From contig CAZSQN010000002.1 of the NCBI GenBank assembly GCA_964609095.1, positions 88,066 to 152,065 on the forward strand: DNA of 64,000 bases. The letters run 5' to 3'. The stretch comes from an uncultured Gammaproteobacteria bacterium. Lineage in GTDB: Bacteria > Patescibacteriota > Patescibacteriia > CAZSQN01. Of the stretch, positions 1-9,500 are shown piece after piece; position 1 is the stretch's first letter, and the number at the start of each line of letters is the position of its first letter. The translations under genes were made by a program, and so were the position numbers. Below the pieces are notes generated by a model that had not been told where the DNA came from, made no database searches, and saw only the letters and a list, made by a program, of their open reading frames with translations.

Positions 1-240
1 TATCTTCGCGTTTATAAAACAGTCGTTCAGACAAAAATCATAGCCGCCTTAAATCATGATTCCGTCATCCAGCAAATCAATACGGAGACATTTGAACGGA
101 TAAAAAAACTTCGCGATAAAATGGGCGGCCTAAAATCGCCGGAACTCCTTCAAAGAATCAATCCTTTTGTGGAAAATTCTGCCGTGGCGCAGGAAGAGGA
201 AAATCCGGCTCAAAATACGGTTAATCAGGCCTCCCATTAG
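1..240 (+). CDS. 3' end of a hypothetical protein (partial)
   Basis: Frame 1 is open from base 1 to TAG at 238-240 (YLRVYKTVVQ...NQASH*). Confidence 0.6.
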   Translation, partial: YLRVYKTVVQTKIIAALNHDSVIQQINTETFERIKKLRDKMGGLKSPELLQRINPFVENSAVAQEEENPAQNTVNQASH

Positions 241-248
241 GATGAACA

Positions 249-278
249 TTGACAAAACATATCTTAATATGATATGCT
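249..278 (+). promoter_or_regulatory. sigma70-type promoter of rpmA
   Basis: TTGACA (249-254), 18 nt, then TG-n-TATGCT extended -10 (273-278), 40 nt upstream of the ATG. Confidence 0.6.
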
Positions 279-318
279 TTTTTCAAATCTAAATTCTTAA
301 TTCCAGCTTCACAGTTAT

Positions 319-600
319 ATGGCGCATAAGAAAGCAGGGGGTTCTACAGCTTTGGGCCGCGATTCCCACGGACAGCGGTTGGGAATAAAACTTGCCGATG
401 GCGCGATGGCGCATCCCGGCATGATTTTAGTTCGCCAGCGCGGCAGCAAAGTCCGCCCGGGCAAAAACGTTAAAAGGGGCTCTGACGATACCCTTTTTGC
501 CACCTCGGTTGGCGTGGTTAAATACGTTAATAAAAAAATAGAAAAATTCTACGGCAAACTGGAGTGGTCAAAATTTGTCCACGTCCTGCCGAAAAAGTAA
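319..600 (+). CDS. rpmA: 50S ribosomal protein L27
   Basis: [34 protein letters not shown] motifs. Confidence 0.98.
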   Translation: MAHKKAGGSTALGRDSHGQRLGIKLADGAMAHPGMILVRQRGSKVRPGKNVKRGSDDTLFATSVGVVKYVNKKIEKFYGKLEWSKFVHVLPKK

Positions 601-657
601 ATCCCGCTATTCACTTATTAGTACGCGTTGTTAGCGGGATGCCCACATCGAGTGGGC

Positions 658-694
658 AAAAAAGACCCACGGCTAAAAACCGGGGGTTTTTCTT
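658..694. terminator. probable bidirectional intrinsic terminator
   Basis: A-tract, imperfect stem gacccacgg/ccgggggtt, T-tract, between convergent rpmA and pyrG. Confidence 0.5.
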
Positions 695-771
695 ATGCGG
701 AATATTTCTCCCGCATCCTCCGTATAAAAATAATTACGTTCATAATAAAAAAAATAATTACTTTCATAGTC

Positions 772-801
772 CCCTATTACTTGCTATAGCAAGTAATAGG
801 G
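772..801. repeat. perfect 30-bp palindrome
   Basis: ccctattacttgcta|tagcaagtaataggg. Confidence 0.9.
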
Positions 802-822
802 ATTTTAATGCGCTGAAAATGA

Positions 823-2442
823 TTATTTGTTAATTGATGCTTTGATAAATTCGCGGAAAAGAGGGTGCGGACTTAGCGGACGGCTTTTGAATTCCGGATG
901 GAATTGCGTGCCGACAAAAAATGGATGGTTGGAAATTTCTATAATCTCAACCAATTTATTGTCAGGCGAAGTGCCGGCAAGCAAAAGTCCGGCGCTCTCC
1001 AATCTTTCCCTATAATCATTGTTAAACTCGTATCTGTGCCTATGCCGTTCTGAAATTATCTTTTTGCCGTAAGCGACTCTTGATTTTGATTTTGGATGGA
1101 GGACGCAAGGATAAGCGCCGAGCCGCATTGTTCCGCCGTATTTTTTAGCTCTGATAATACCCTCCTGCTCCGGCATAATATGAATTACCGGATGTGATGT
1201 CTTGGCATCAACCTCCGTGGTATTGGCTCCTTTAAGTTTAGCCGCATGGCGTGCGAATTCAATGGTGGCAAGCTGCATCCCATAACAAAGCCCCAAAAAA
1301 GGTATTTTATGCTCACGGACATATTTTATGGCCATTATCTTCCCTTCCACCCCGCGCTTCCCGAACCCGCCCGGCACAATCACGCCGTCAAATTCTTTTA
1401 ATCTGGAAACCGCTTTTGGATTTTTTTCAAACTCCTCGGAATTAACCCACTGGATTTCCGGCTTTCTGCCGGCCGCCCAAGCCGCGTGCTTTACTGCTTC
1501 AATCACGGAGATATAAGCGTCGGGCAAAACAAACTCTCCGGTTTCAAAATATTTGCCTACCAGCGCCACCCGAACCGACTTTTTAACTGTTTTTATCGTT
1601 CGCACTAATTTTGACCATTGTCTTAAGTCCCGCATCCTTCCTCCCAAATCAAGTTTTTCTATAATGCGCTTGGACAGCCCTTCGCGCTCAAAGTTCAGAG
1701 GAATTTCATAAATAGAATCAACATCCGGCGCGGAAATAACATCGCGCTCGCTGACAGAGCAAAATAGCGAAAGCTTTCTTTTTCTTGGAGCGTCAAGGGG
1801 CCGCTCGGCGCGGGCCAAAATCAAATCCGGCTGGATGCCGGCGCTGTTTAGCTGATGCACCGCGTTCTGCGTCGGTTTTGTTTTCATCTCACCCACTTTG
1901 GCCGGAATGGGCAAATAGGAGACCAGCGCCGTTAAAACATCTTTTGGCGCGCGTAGTTTCATCATTCTGGCTGCTTCCAGAAACAAGATATTTTGATACT
2001 CGCCGACAGTGCCGCCTATTTCAATTATGCAAATCTCCGCGTGTGCCTTATGCGCCGCCAGTTTAATGCGACGGATAACTTCCTCCGGAATATGCGGCAC
2101 CACTTCCACGCACCTGCCGCCGTATTCCAGATTGCGCTCGCGTTCTATCACCGTCTTATAAACGCGCCCGGTCGTCATATAGTTTGCGGAGGCGATGTCA
2201 GTATCCAAAAATCTCTCGTAATTGCCAATATCCTGGTCTGTTTCATCGCCGTCATCGGTCACAAACACTTCCCCGTGCTCCACCGGGTTCATGGTGCCGG
2301 CGTCGACATTGATATAAGGGTCAATTTTAATGGCCGTAACTTTATAACCGCGCGACTGCAAAATACAGCCGATGGAAGCCACGGCCGTGCCCTTTCCCAC
2401 CCCGCTCATTACTCCTCCGGCGACAAAGATGAATTTGGACAT
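823..2442 (-). CDS. pyrG: CTP synthase
   Basis: KFIFVAGGVMSGVGKG, KIDPYINVDAGTMNP, GLCYGMQ, ERHRHRYE, QFHPEF; start moved to MSKF. Confidence 0.98.
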   Translation of the reverse strand: MSKFIFVAGGVMSGVGKGTAVASIGCILQSRGYKVTAIKIDPYINVDAGTMNPVEHGEVFVTDDGDETDQDIGNYERFLDTDIASANYMTTGRVYKTVIERERNLEYGGRCVEVVPHIPEEVIRRIKLAAHKAHAEICIIEIGGTVGEYQNILFLEAARMMKLRAPKDVLTALVSYLPIPAKVGEMKTKPTQNAVHQLNSAGIQPDLILARAERPLDAPRKRKLSLFCSVSERDVISAPDVDSIYEIPLNFEREGLSKRIIEKLDLGGRMRDLRQWSKLVRTIKTVKKSVRVALVGKYFETGEFVLPDAYISVIEAVKHAAWAAGRKPEIQWVNSEEFEKNPKAVSRLKEFDGVIVPGGFGKRGVEGKIMAIKYVREHKIPFLGLCYGMQLATIEFARHAAKLKGANTTEVDAKTSHPVIHIMPEQEGIIRAKKYGGTMRLGAYPCVLHPKSKSRVAYGKKIISERHRHRYEFNNDYRERLESAGLLLAGTSPDNKLVEIIEISNHPFFVGTQFHPEFKSRPLSPHPLFREFIKASINK

Positions 2443-2452
2443 ATTCTTAATC

Positions 2453-2526
2453 AATGACCAAATCCCAAATCCCAAATTCTAAACAAATTCAAAATATGTT
2501 TAGAGTTTAGCGCTTAGGATTTTGAG
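2453..2526. repeat. 7-nt periodic array with inverted arms
   Basis: aatgacc-aaatccc-aaatccc-aaattct ... tttagag-tttagcg-cttagga-ttttgag. Confidence 0.7.
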
Positions 2527-2554
2527 TTTATTTAGAACAATTAGAATAATTAGG

Positions 2555-3049
2555 TTAATTTAATCTCTTGCGTCTTATATGCTGTTTCGCTTTAACGCGA
2601 TTTTTAAGCGCGGGAATGCTTCCCCCCAATAAAATTATAGCTTTTACTAGTAGCGGTTCTATATCCTTATAATCACTCTTGGCATAGGCCTTATTTAATG
2701 GAATCCAAATCACTTCTTGTATTTTTTCTTTTTTTTGCGGCTTGGCAACCACTCCCATCGGCGCCTCCATTAAATAATAATGAAGGAACTTGTGGACAAG
2801 CTCCCCCTTTCTTACAAATCTGTCGCGAAACCAAAAATCCGCCTTTCCAAGATATTCACGAACTTTAATCCCCTTTATGCCCATCTCCTCTTCCGCTTCG
2901 CGGGCAGCGGCTTCCTCCGTCACTTCTCCTTCTTCAACATGCCCTTTGGGAAAAGCCCATTTGCCATACGGATCTAAAATAAAGCCGATTTCAATTTGTC
3001 CATTGACTCTGCGATAAACGACTCCTCCGGCTGATACTTCAACACGCAT
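2555..3049 (-). CDS. NUDIX hydrolase
   Basis: SAGGVV, W.FPKGHVEEGE....AAAREAEEEMG Nudix box. Confidence 0.93.
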   Translation of the reverse strand: MRVEVSAGGVVYRRVNGQIEIGFILDPYGKWAFPKGHVEEGEVTEEAAAREAEEEMGIKGIKVREYLGKADFWFRDRFVRKGELVHKFLHYYLMEAPMGVVAKPQKKEKIQEVIWIPLNKAYAKSDYKDIEPLLVKAIILLGGSIPALKNRVKAKQHIRRKRLN

Positions 3050-3060
3050 AACAGTAATAC

Positions 3061-3140
3061 TGATTATATACAGATTACATACAAATGACGCGGATTATCT
3101 GTGTCATTTGCATCCATCAGCATGTTATCCGTATTTGTGT
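3061..3140. repeat. approx. 9-10-nt periodic inverted array
   Basis: cagattac/caaatgac/cggattat followed by complementary tgtcatttg/ttatccg. Confidence 0.55.
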
Positions 3141-4388
3141 TTATTTCAATTGTTCTTTTAAGATATCCAACGCTTTATCCAATTGCGGATCGCGGTTGGC
3201 GTTATAATCCTCTTCGGTTAATTCAACTTCCACATCGGGCGCTATCCCCTTCTTGTCTATGAAATTCTTTTTGGGAGTCAGCCATTCGGCAACGGTTATT
3301 TTAAGCGCGGAACCGTCGCGGAACTGCTGATAATCCTGAACCGAGCCCTTGCCGAATGTCTTTTTGCCGACCAATTTGGCTTTGCCGTAATCCTGCAGGG
3401 CGCCGGCGAGAATTTCTGAACCGGAGGCCGAACCTTCGTTTATAAGCACAACCGTCGGCAAATGCCCCAAGCGGCTGCGGCCGTCGGATTTATATTCACG
3501 CTCGGCGCCGTCAGCCATTCTTTCAATAAGCACCGCATCGTTTTCTATCCATTCTCCGGTTACGGCAACCGCGGAATCAAGAAACCCTCCCGGATTGGAA
3601 CGAAGGTCAAGGATAATAGCTTTAGCGTCTTTGCTTAAAACCTCTCTCACGGCGCGATCAAAATTCCTGGCGGTATCCTCTCCAAAATGAGTGATTTTGA
3701 TTATGGCAACGCCGTCTTTATATTGCGTCCGCACGCTTTTTACCTCTATCTGATCCCTGGTTATTTCCACCTCAAACGGCTGTTTGACTCCGGCGCGGCC
3801 GATAAGCAATTTTACTTTTGTTCCTTTCGGGCCTCTTATTTTTGAGACGGCAAGATCTATGGTCATACCCGCGGTATCCTCGCCGTCAATGGCCAAAACC
3901 GCGTCGCCAGAGCGCAATCCGGCGCGCTCCGCCGGCGTGTCGGGCAAAGGGGAAATAATCGTCACGCGATCGTTTTTAACGCCGACTTCGGCGCCAATGC
4001 CGCTAAATGACCCCGCCAGCTCTTCATTAAATTTCCGCGCCGTTACCGGTTCAAGAAACAAAGAATAAGGGTCCTCAAGAGCGGCCACCATTCCCTTTAA
4101 GGCGCCGTAAAAAAGCTTGACTTCGGGAACCGGCTGGTGCACGAATTGGGTGCGCGCCAGATTCCACACTTCCCAAAACTGGTTAAAATCAACGTCTTTT
4201 GACAAATCGGCGGGAACAACGGCTTTGTCTATAACTACGCCCTCTCGAACCGGTTCAGTTTGTTTGGAAGAAACCAAAAAACCGCCCAAAAAGGACATTA
4301 TTACAAGCGAAGCGGTTATATAACCCCAAAGCAATTTCCTTAGAATCCGCCTGGCAACGGAGCGGGTCATTGAATGAGAAGTTAACAT
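3141..4388 (-). CDS. ctpA: S41 carboxyl-terminal processing protease with PDZ domain
   Basis: DPYS, FSGIGAEV, DLRSNPGG, SASGSEI, TFGKGSVQ; N-terminal TM; start uncertain (4388 or 4370). Confidence 0.93.
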   Translation of the reverse strand: MLTSHSMTRSVARRILRKLLWGYITASLVIMSFLGGFLVSSKQTEPVREGVVIDKAVVPADLSKDVDFNQFWEVWNLARTQFVHQPVPEVKLFYGALKGMVAALEDPYSLFLEPVTARKFNEELAGSFSGIGAEVGVKNDRVTIISPLPDTPAERAGLRSGDAVLAIDGEDTAGMTIDLAVSKIRGPKGTKVKLLIGRAGVKQPFEVEITRDQIEVKSVRTQYKDGVAIIKITHFGEDTARNFDRAVREVLSKDAKAIILDLRSNPGGFLDSAVAVTGEWIENDAVLIERMADGAEREYKSDGRSRLGHLPTVVLINEGSASGSEILAGALQDYGKAKLVGKKTFGKGSVQDYQQFRDGSALKITVAEWLTPKKNFIDKKGIAPDVEVELTEEDYNANRDPQLDKALDILKEQLK

Positions 4389-4482
4389 ATCACTTTTAAT
4401 TTTAAAGGAATTGCCTTCTTCCGTCAAAAAACAAAAGAGCGGGGTTGATTTCCATTCAATTTTCTGCGAGAATTAAAATGTT

Positions 4483-5847
4483 ATGTCAATCAGAGCAAGG
4501 CAATTTTTTTTCGCCATACTGGCCGCGCTTTTCATCATCTCGGCTCCTTTGGTTATCCTTTACGCGACCGGCTATCGCTATAATTTTAAAAAAAAATTAA
4601 TTGAAAAAACCGGCTCGCTCGTTCTTGATTCCGCTCCTAAAAAAGCCCGCGTTCTCATTAACGGCGAGGACGCCCGCAAAATCACTCCGGCCAGATTTGC
4701 GCGGCTTCTTCCCGACGATTACCGCATCCGCATGGAAAAAACCGGCTATCATCCGTGGGAAAAGACCCTGCCGGTTACCTCAAAACACACTACTTTCGCC
4801 ACCGATGTCACGCTGTTTAAAATCGCCTCGCCCGAAACTGTTTGGGAGGGCCGAATAAGCAAAGCCGCGCCGTCGCCGGACGGCGGGAAAATAGCCATTA
4901 TCTCCCCCGGCGCGGAAGACGAAACAAAATCAGATGATCGCCTGATTGCTTTTAGCTTATCCAAACCCGAACCTAAAATAATTTTCTCTCTTGCCAAAAC
5001 CAGGATATTGGACGCGCTTTGGTCGCCGGATGGCGAAAATATTCTTATTAAAACAGAAGGCGCTGGCGGACAGAGATTTTTTATAGTCAATCCCGCTTCC
5101 GGCGAACAAAACCAAATAAATATGACGGCAAAACAGGCATTTTCAGAGCTTGTCTGGGGAACGCGGAGCGATATTTTATTCGGAACAGTTAAAAAAAATA
5201 ACGGTTACGCCATCTACAAATTAAATCCGCGGTCCGCCGGTCCGGCCGAATTGCTCGGCCTGGGCGGCGCGGCGATTTATTCGTCAAAGCAATCAATTTA
5301 CACGATCGCCGGCGATAAAAATGGAAGCCGCCTTCTTGAATTGGCCGCAGATAAAGCCGCTTCGCCGCGCGAAATACTGCGCTTGCGGCCGGGAAAATAT
5401 AAATTCCTGCCGTCTCCCGAAAACATTCTCACGGTTGTAAACGAAGAAGAACCGCGGATGTATGTGATTAGCCCCTCGGCGGAAGATCCTGTTATTCTTG
5501 AAGAAAGAGCGCACATCGGCTCATGGTCGCCGAGCGATAAAAAATTGATTATCACGGACAATTTTGAACTGCAGGTGTTTGAACCGGAATTAAACCACAT
5601 CAAATTTATCACCCGCTACGGCAAGCAGATTAAAAAAGCGCTCTGGATTGATTCCGAAGCGCAAGTCGTCCTGCAGTTTGACGATTCCATTCTGGGATTA
5701 GAGCTGGATTCGCGCGGCGAAAGATATTCGCCGACTCTGGCGGAAGCGGAAATGATTTTTGATTTATTTTTTTCCAAAGACGGTGAGACCGCTTATTTTG
5801 TCTCCGGAGAGCGCGAGATGAAGCTTTTTAAACTCCTGATACAATAG
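4483..5847 (+). CDS. membrane-anchored PEGA-domain protein with probable beta-propeller
   Basis: N-terminal TM, YATGYRY, S.P..A.V.ING..KTGYHPW PEGA motif; PSPDG/WSPDG/WSPS repeats. Confidence 0.75.
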   Translation: MSIRARQFFFAILAALFIISAPLVILYATGYRYNFKKKLIEKTGSLVLDSAPKKARVLINGEDARKITPARFARLLPDDYRIRMEKTGYHPWEKTLPVTSKHTTFATDVTLFKIASPETVWEGRISKAAPSPDGGKIAIISPGAEDETKSDDRLIAFSLSKPEPKIIFSLAKTRILDALWSPDGENILIKTEGAGGQRFFIVNPASGEQNQINMTAKQAFSELVWGTRSDILFGTVKKNNGYAIYKLNPRSAGPAELLGLGGAAIYSSKQSIYTIAGDKNGSRLLELAADKAASPREILRLRPGKYKFLPSPENILTVVNEEEPRMYVISPSAEDPVILEERAHIGSWSPSDKKLIITDNFELQVFEPELNHIKFITRYGKQIKKALWIDSEAQVVLQFDDSILGLELDSRGERYSPTLAEAEMIFDLFFSKDGETAYFVSGEREMKLFKLLIQ

Positions 5848-5876
5848 ATCTGTTATTAAACAACGTATCTAATAAA

Positions 5877-6953
5877 TCAAATTTCAATATAGCAGTTATC
5901 TCCCGCGATCATTTTATGCCCCAAAGGCAGGGAAGACGAGGACGAAACAACGGTGGCTCCGGCTCCGATCAAGCTGTCAACGATTCTTGCGTTGCAGTTA
6001 ATGGAAACGCCGTCAAAAAGTATTGAATGTTCTATCTCGCCTCCGGCAATGGCGCAATTCCCGCCGATAGAAGTATAGGGACCGATATAACTTTTTTCTA
6101 TTTTGCAATTTTCGCCGATAATAACCGGGCCTCTGATCAAAACATCCGGCCCGATTACTGTTCCTTTGCCGACGGAAACCTTTCCCTGGATAACCGCGTC
6201 CGGATGCGTTTCTCCCAAATTAAGCATCGCGCCTCTCCCCAGCTCTTCCAAAATAAGCTGATTGCCGTGAAGCAAATCCTCCGGCTTGCCCGTGTCCTTC
6301 CACCAACCGGTGATTTCTTCAAAACCGACTTTGGCGCCGGCTCTGATAAGTTCGCTGTGAATATCCGAGATTTCGTATTCGCCGCGGGAAGAAGGCGCGA
6401 TTTTATCAAAAGCGTCAAAAAAAATTTTATCGTACAGATAAATCCCCGAAACCGCAAAATTGCTTTTTGGATTTTGCGGTTTTTCTTCAACCCGTATTAT
6501 CCGTCCGTCTTTTATCTCCGGCACGCCGAATCTCTGCGGGTCTTTAACGCGGGAGAGCGCGAGAAGGCAGTTCAGCCCCTCTCTTTCAAAACGTTCCACG
6601 AATTTTTTAACGCTTCCCAAAATGATATTGTCCCCGAGATAAAAAATAAACGGCTCATTGCCTAAAAACGGCTGCGCGATTTTAACCGCGTGGGCAATGC
6701 CTAACGGGCCGCCCGTTTGCTCAATATAAGTAATCCGCATCCCCCAGCGGCCGCCGTTGCCGACAATGTTCTGCAATATGGATTCGCCGGGATTAACAAT
6801 AATTCCGACATCCCTGATGCCCGTTTCGGCGATTTTTTCCAAAGCGTAAAAAAGCATCGGCTTTCCGGCTAAAGGAATCAAATGCTTGTTCCAAGTATAA
6901 GTGATGGGGCGGAGCCGCGTGGCGCGGCCGCCGGCTGTAATCAATGCTTTCAT
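5877..6953 (-). CDS. rmlA: glucose-1-phosphate thymidylyltransferase (long form with left-handed beta-helix tail)
   Basis: AGGRATRLRP, YLGDN, EEKP, RGEYEISD, WWKDTG, IGPYTSIG. Confidence 0.9.
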   Translation of the reverse strand: MKALITAGGRATRLRPITYTWNKHLIPLAGKPMLFYALEKIAETGIRDVGIIVNPGESILQNIVGNGGRWGMRITYIEQTGGPLGIAHAVKIAQPFLGNEPFIFYLGDNIILGSVKKFVERFEREGLNCLLALSRVKDPQRFGVPEIKDGRIIRVEEKPQNPKSNFAVSGIYLYDKIFFDAFDKIAPSSRGEYEISDIHSELIRAGAKVGFEEITGWWKDTGKPEDLLHGNQLILEELGRGAMLNLGETHPDAVIQGKVSVGKGTVIGPDVLIRGPVIIGENCKIEKSYIGPYTSIGGNCAIAGGEIEHSILFDGVSINCNARIVDSLIGAGATVVSSSSSLPLGHKMIAGDNCYIEI

Positions 6954-6971
6954 CTTTATATATTTTTAGAT

Positions 6972-7808
6972 TTAAATATTTAAATATTCTGTTAACGCTT
7001 CCTCCCAGCTTCGGAGCGGCGGCATTTTGGTTGAAATTAATTCCGAATATGCCGGGCGTTTTGCCGGGCGCGGAAAAGCAGAGGAAGAAACCGGGCGGCA
7101 AACAGCGCCTTCTTTGGCAATCTCCAAAACCTTTTTCCCAAATCCGTACCAGGTGCAGGCGCCGGAGTTAGCCGCGTGATAAATGCCATAGGGCATTTGC
7201 TTGTCCATAATTTCTTTTGTCCGCGAAGCAAGGTCTTTAGCGTAAGTCGGAGATGAATATTCTTCATCAACCAAATCCAAATATTTTTTCGTTTTTGCCA
7301 AATCCAAAATGGCGTCGGGAAAACTCTTTTTAGCCGCGCCGGAGGCGGCCGGAGGGCCAAAAAGGCGCGAGGTTCTTATAAGATAATGCTTATCCGCATT
7401 ACGGACAAGCTCCTTCTCGCCCAATAATTTTGACCTGCCGTAAACCGACAGCGGAGCCGGACGCGCGTCCTCGGCATAGCCATTTTTATTTGTTCCGTCA
7501 AAAACATAATCGGTTGAATAGTGAATTATAGCCGCTCCGCCTATCGTTGCCGCTTGCGCCAAGTAGCTAACGGCCGTTCCGTTTAAAAGATTGGCCGTTG
7601 CTTCATCTTCTTCCGCTTTGTCCACCGCGTTATAAGCCGCCGCGTTGATAATCAAATCAGGTTTCGTCTCCAGAATCTTTTTCAAAACATCATTTTTATC
7701 CGTTATATCTATTTCCTCCTTATCCCAGGCCAAAACCTGTCCGTAGCTAAAAACCTTAACCAATTCCTGCCCCAGCATGCCTTTTGCCCCGATAATAAGA
7801 GTTTTCAT
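6972..7808 (-). CDS. rmlD: dTDP-4-dehydrorhamnose reductase
   Basis: GAKGMLG, NAAAYNAVDKAE, STDYVFDG, YGRSK, RPAYS. Confidence 0.95.
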   Translation of the reverse strand: MKTLIIGAKGMLGQELVKVFSYGQVLAWDKEEIDITDKNDVLKKILETKPDLIINAAAYNAVDKAEEDEATANLLNGTAVSYLAQAATIGGAAIIHYSTDYVFDGTNKNGYAEDARPAPLSVYGRSKLLGEKELVRNADKHYLIRTSRLFGPPAASGAAKKSFPDAILDLAKTKKYLDLVDEEYSSPTYAKDLASRTKEIMDKQMPYGIYHAANSGACTWYGFGKKVLEIAKEGAVCRPVSSSAFPRPAKRPAYSELISTKMPPLRSWEEALTEYLNI

Positions 7809-7848
7809 AAATCACACTAATTTAAATCAATTTTACCATTTTTGTCAA

Positions 7849-7969
7849 CCCAGCACATAACTTCTAGTGTGAGATTTTCGCAAATAGCCGATTGTGGAAT
7901 GTATTTTATCAAAATATATTGCGACAATTTATAATTGCGCATTTTTTAATTTAAAAATTATGTGCGGGG
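7849..7969. mobile_element. miniature inverted-repeat element E1
   Basis: cccagcacataa ... ttatgtgcgggg, flanked on both sides by tcaa. Confidence 0.7.
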
Positions 7970-7971
7970 TC

Positions 7972-8004
7972 AATAAAAAAACCGTCCATTAAGAATGGGC
8001 GGTT
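7972..8004 (-). terminator. intrinsic terminator after the histidine phosphatase gene
   Basis: stem aaccgtccatt/aatgggcggtt with a U-tract on the minus strand. Confidence 0.7.
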
Positions 8005-8572
8005 ACCGCTCCGGGGTTCCCGGCAATTCTACCATTTTGTACTCCCCTCGTTTCAAGTTTGGCTCTTGGCCAAGATGAAAAAGAAGGGTATTGAGACCAT
8101 TGCCATGGCCGATAAACAAAAGTACATTGCGCGGCCCGTTGCGGTGATAAAGGAAAAATCTGCGCGCTTCATCAGAAATCACCGCGCGGTGCCTGGAAAG
8201 CACGCTATCGCGGGATTCGCCGCCAAACTTCGTGAAATCATATTCGCGGGGCGTGAAAGCGCTGGCACCGGCGCCGTATTTGGCTTCAATTTCTTGAACC
8301 GTCATTCCTTCCAGTTTGCCAAAAGAGCATTCCCGAAGGCGATTATCCAAAAGAACCGGTATGCCCAGACGCCTGCCAAAAATTTCCGCTGTTTCCCGAG
8401 CGCGGGACATGTCAGAGGAAACAATCCGTCCTATGCCAAGAGGAGCCAATTGCCAGACAAACATTTCCGCCCGAGCGCGTCCAATATCATTTAAGGAAAT
8501 ATCCGTCTGGCCTTGCAAGCGGCCTTGATGATTCCAATCGGTGTCAAAATGGCGGACTAAAACAATTTTCAT
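8003..8572 (-). CDS. histidine phosphatase (phosphoglycerate mutase family)
   Basis: LVRH..TDWN..RLQG, SSD..RARETA, LRECSFG, GGES, GHG; ATGA overlap with the upstream gene, SD GAGGAG. Confidence 0.9.
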   Translation of the reverse strand: MKIVLVRHFDTDWNHQGRLQGQTDISLNDIGRARAEMFVWQLAPLGIGRIVSSDMSRARETAEIFGRRLGIPVLLDNRLRECSFGKLEGMTVQEIEAKYGAGASAFTPREYDFTKFGGESRDSVLSRHRAVISDEARRFFLYHRNGPRNVLLFIGHGNGLNTLLFHLGQEPNLKRGEYKMVELPGTPER

Positions 8573-8856
8573 GGCGCGCTCTCCTCTTGCCGCCTGCTCC
8601 CGCTGCCAAAATCCAGCACCTGCCATTCGTAGTAGAGCGCGAGACGGCGCCTGTACCTCTTAATTTCTTCTTTGAGAATATAAATCGTCTCGCCGCAGAT
8701 GTGCTCCAAAACATCATCGGGATTCAAACTCATAAGCGGCGCCTTTAGCCACTCGCCAACTTCATGACTGTTTTGGTCAAGCAATCTGTGAATAATGACA
8801 TGGTCGGGATATTCGACCTTGACCCTTTCCACAAACTCGGCTGGATACTGCCTCAT
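8569..8856 (-). CDS. hypothetical protein
   Basis: 95-aa ORF with AGGAGG SD and its own promoter, translationally coupled to the phosphatase. Confidence 0.75.
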   Translation of the reverse strand: MRQYPAEFVERVKVEYPDHVIIHRLLDQNSHEVGEWLKAPLMSLNPDDVLEHICGETIYILKEEIKRYRRRLALYYEWQVLDFGSGSRRQEESAP

Positions 8857-8862
8857 TTTACG

Positions 8863-8944
8863 CCTCCTTTTGCTGATTTGAACGGGATTGGTTTATTGTG
8901 AAAAGAACATTTGAGATTTAACCAAATTCAAAGCCCGTTGTCAA
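8863..8944 (-). promoter_or_regulatory. promoter + boxA-like motif + SD leader
   Basis: TTGACA (8939-8944)-17-TTAAAT; TGTTCTTTTCACA (8897-8909); AGGAGG (8863-8868). Confidence 0.55.
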
Positions 8945-8945
8945 G

Positions 8946-8974
8946 CCCCGCACATAACAGAATTATGCGTTGGG
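8946..8974. mobile_element. minimal/degenerate inverted-repeat element E2
   Basis: ccccgcacataa-cagaa-ttatgcgttggg, flanked on both sides by tcaag. Confidence 0.55.
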
Positions 8975-9391
8975 TCAAGCCCGATAATACGGACTCGCCC
9001 GCCTAAACTCTTCGTAGTCCTCTATATAATCTTCGCGGTTAGACGAATAGTTGGTGGAAGATAGCGCCAAAATCACGCAGTCGGATGAAGCGTCTTTGAA
9101 TCCGTGCCAGATAAAATTGGGAACATAAATCGCATCGCTGGGAGCTGACAATTTAATCTCCTCCAAACCCTTGCCGCGGTCAATCACAGCCGTCGCGCTT
9201 CCTTGCGCCAATATAAAAACTTCTTCTTCTATTTTATGGCAATGCTCGCCCGTTTTCCCGCCCGCCTCAAAATCGGTTATATAATAAACGCGTTTTACTT
9301 CAAACGGAATCAAATCTTTCAGTTCAATCGGCGTCAGCTTATAGCCACGACTGGGAAATGTCTTTAATTCAAATTTTCTAAATTCCTTCAT
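8975..9391 (-). CDS. FdtA/QdtA (WxcM-like) cupin, sugar 3,4-ketoisomerase
   Basis: RG.L...E....IPFEVKRVYY, GEHCH, IWH, LSS..Y..EDYI.DY. Confidence 0.85.
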   Translation of the reverse strand: MKEFRKFELKTFPSRGYKLTPIELKDLIPFEVKRVYYITDFEAGGKTGEHCHKIEEEVFILAQGSATAVIDRGKGLEEIKLSAPSDAIYVPNFIWHGFKDASSDCVILALSSTNYSSNREDYIEDYEEFRRASPYYRA

Positions 9392-9398
9392 TAAATTA

Positions 9399-9498
9399 TA
9401 ACGCGAATGATGCGAATCTTATGCCAATATCACGCGAATATGCGAATATGGTATTTGCGTATTTGCGGCATTCGCATTCATTCGCGAAATTTGCGTTA
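9399..9498. repeat. approx. 9-nt periodic array with inverted arms
   Basis: (acg/atg)cgaat repeated five times, then att(t/c)gc repeated five times. Confidence 0.75.
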
Positions 9499-9500
9499 TG

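Noticed and set aside
564-833. 89-aa ORF across the rpmA-pyrG spacer
   Set aside because: Runs through hairpins and AT-rich repeats and overlaps both genes; no coding signature
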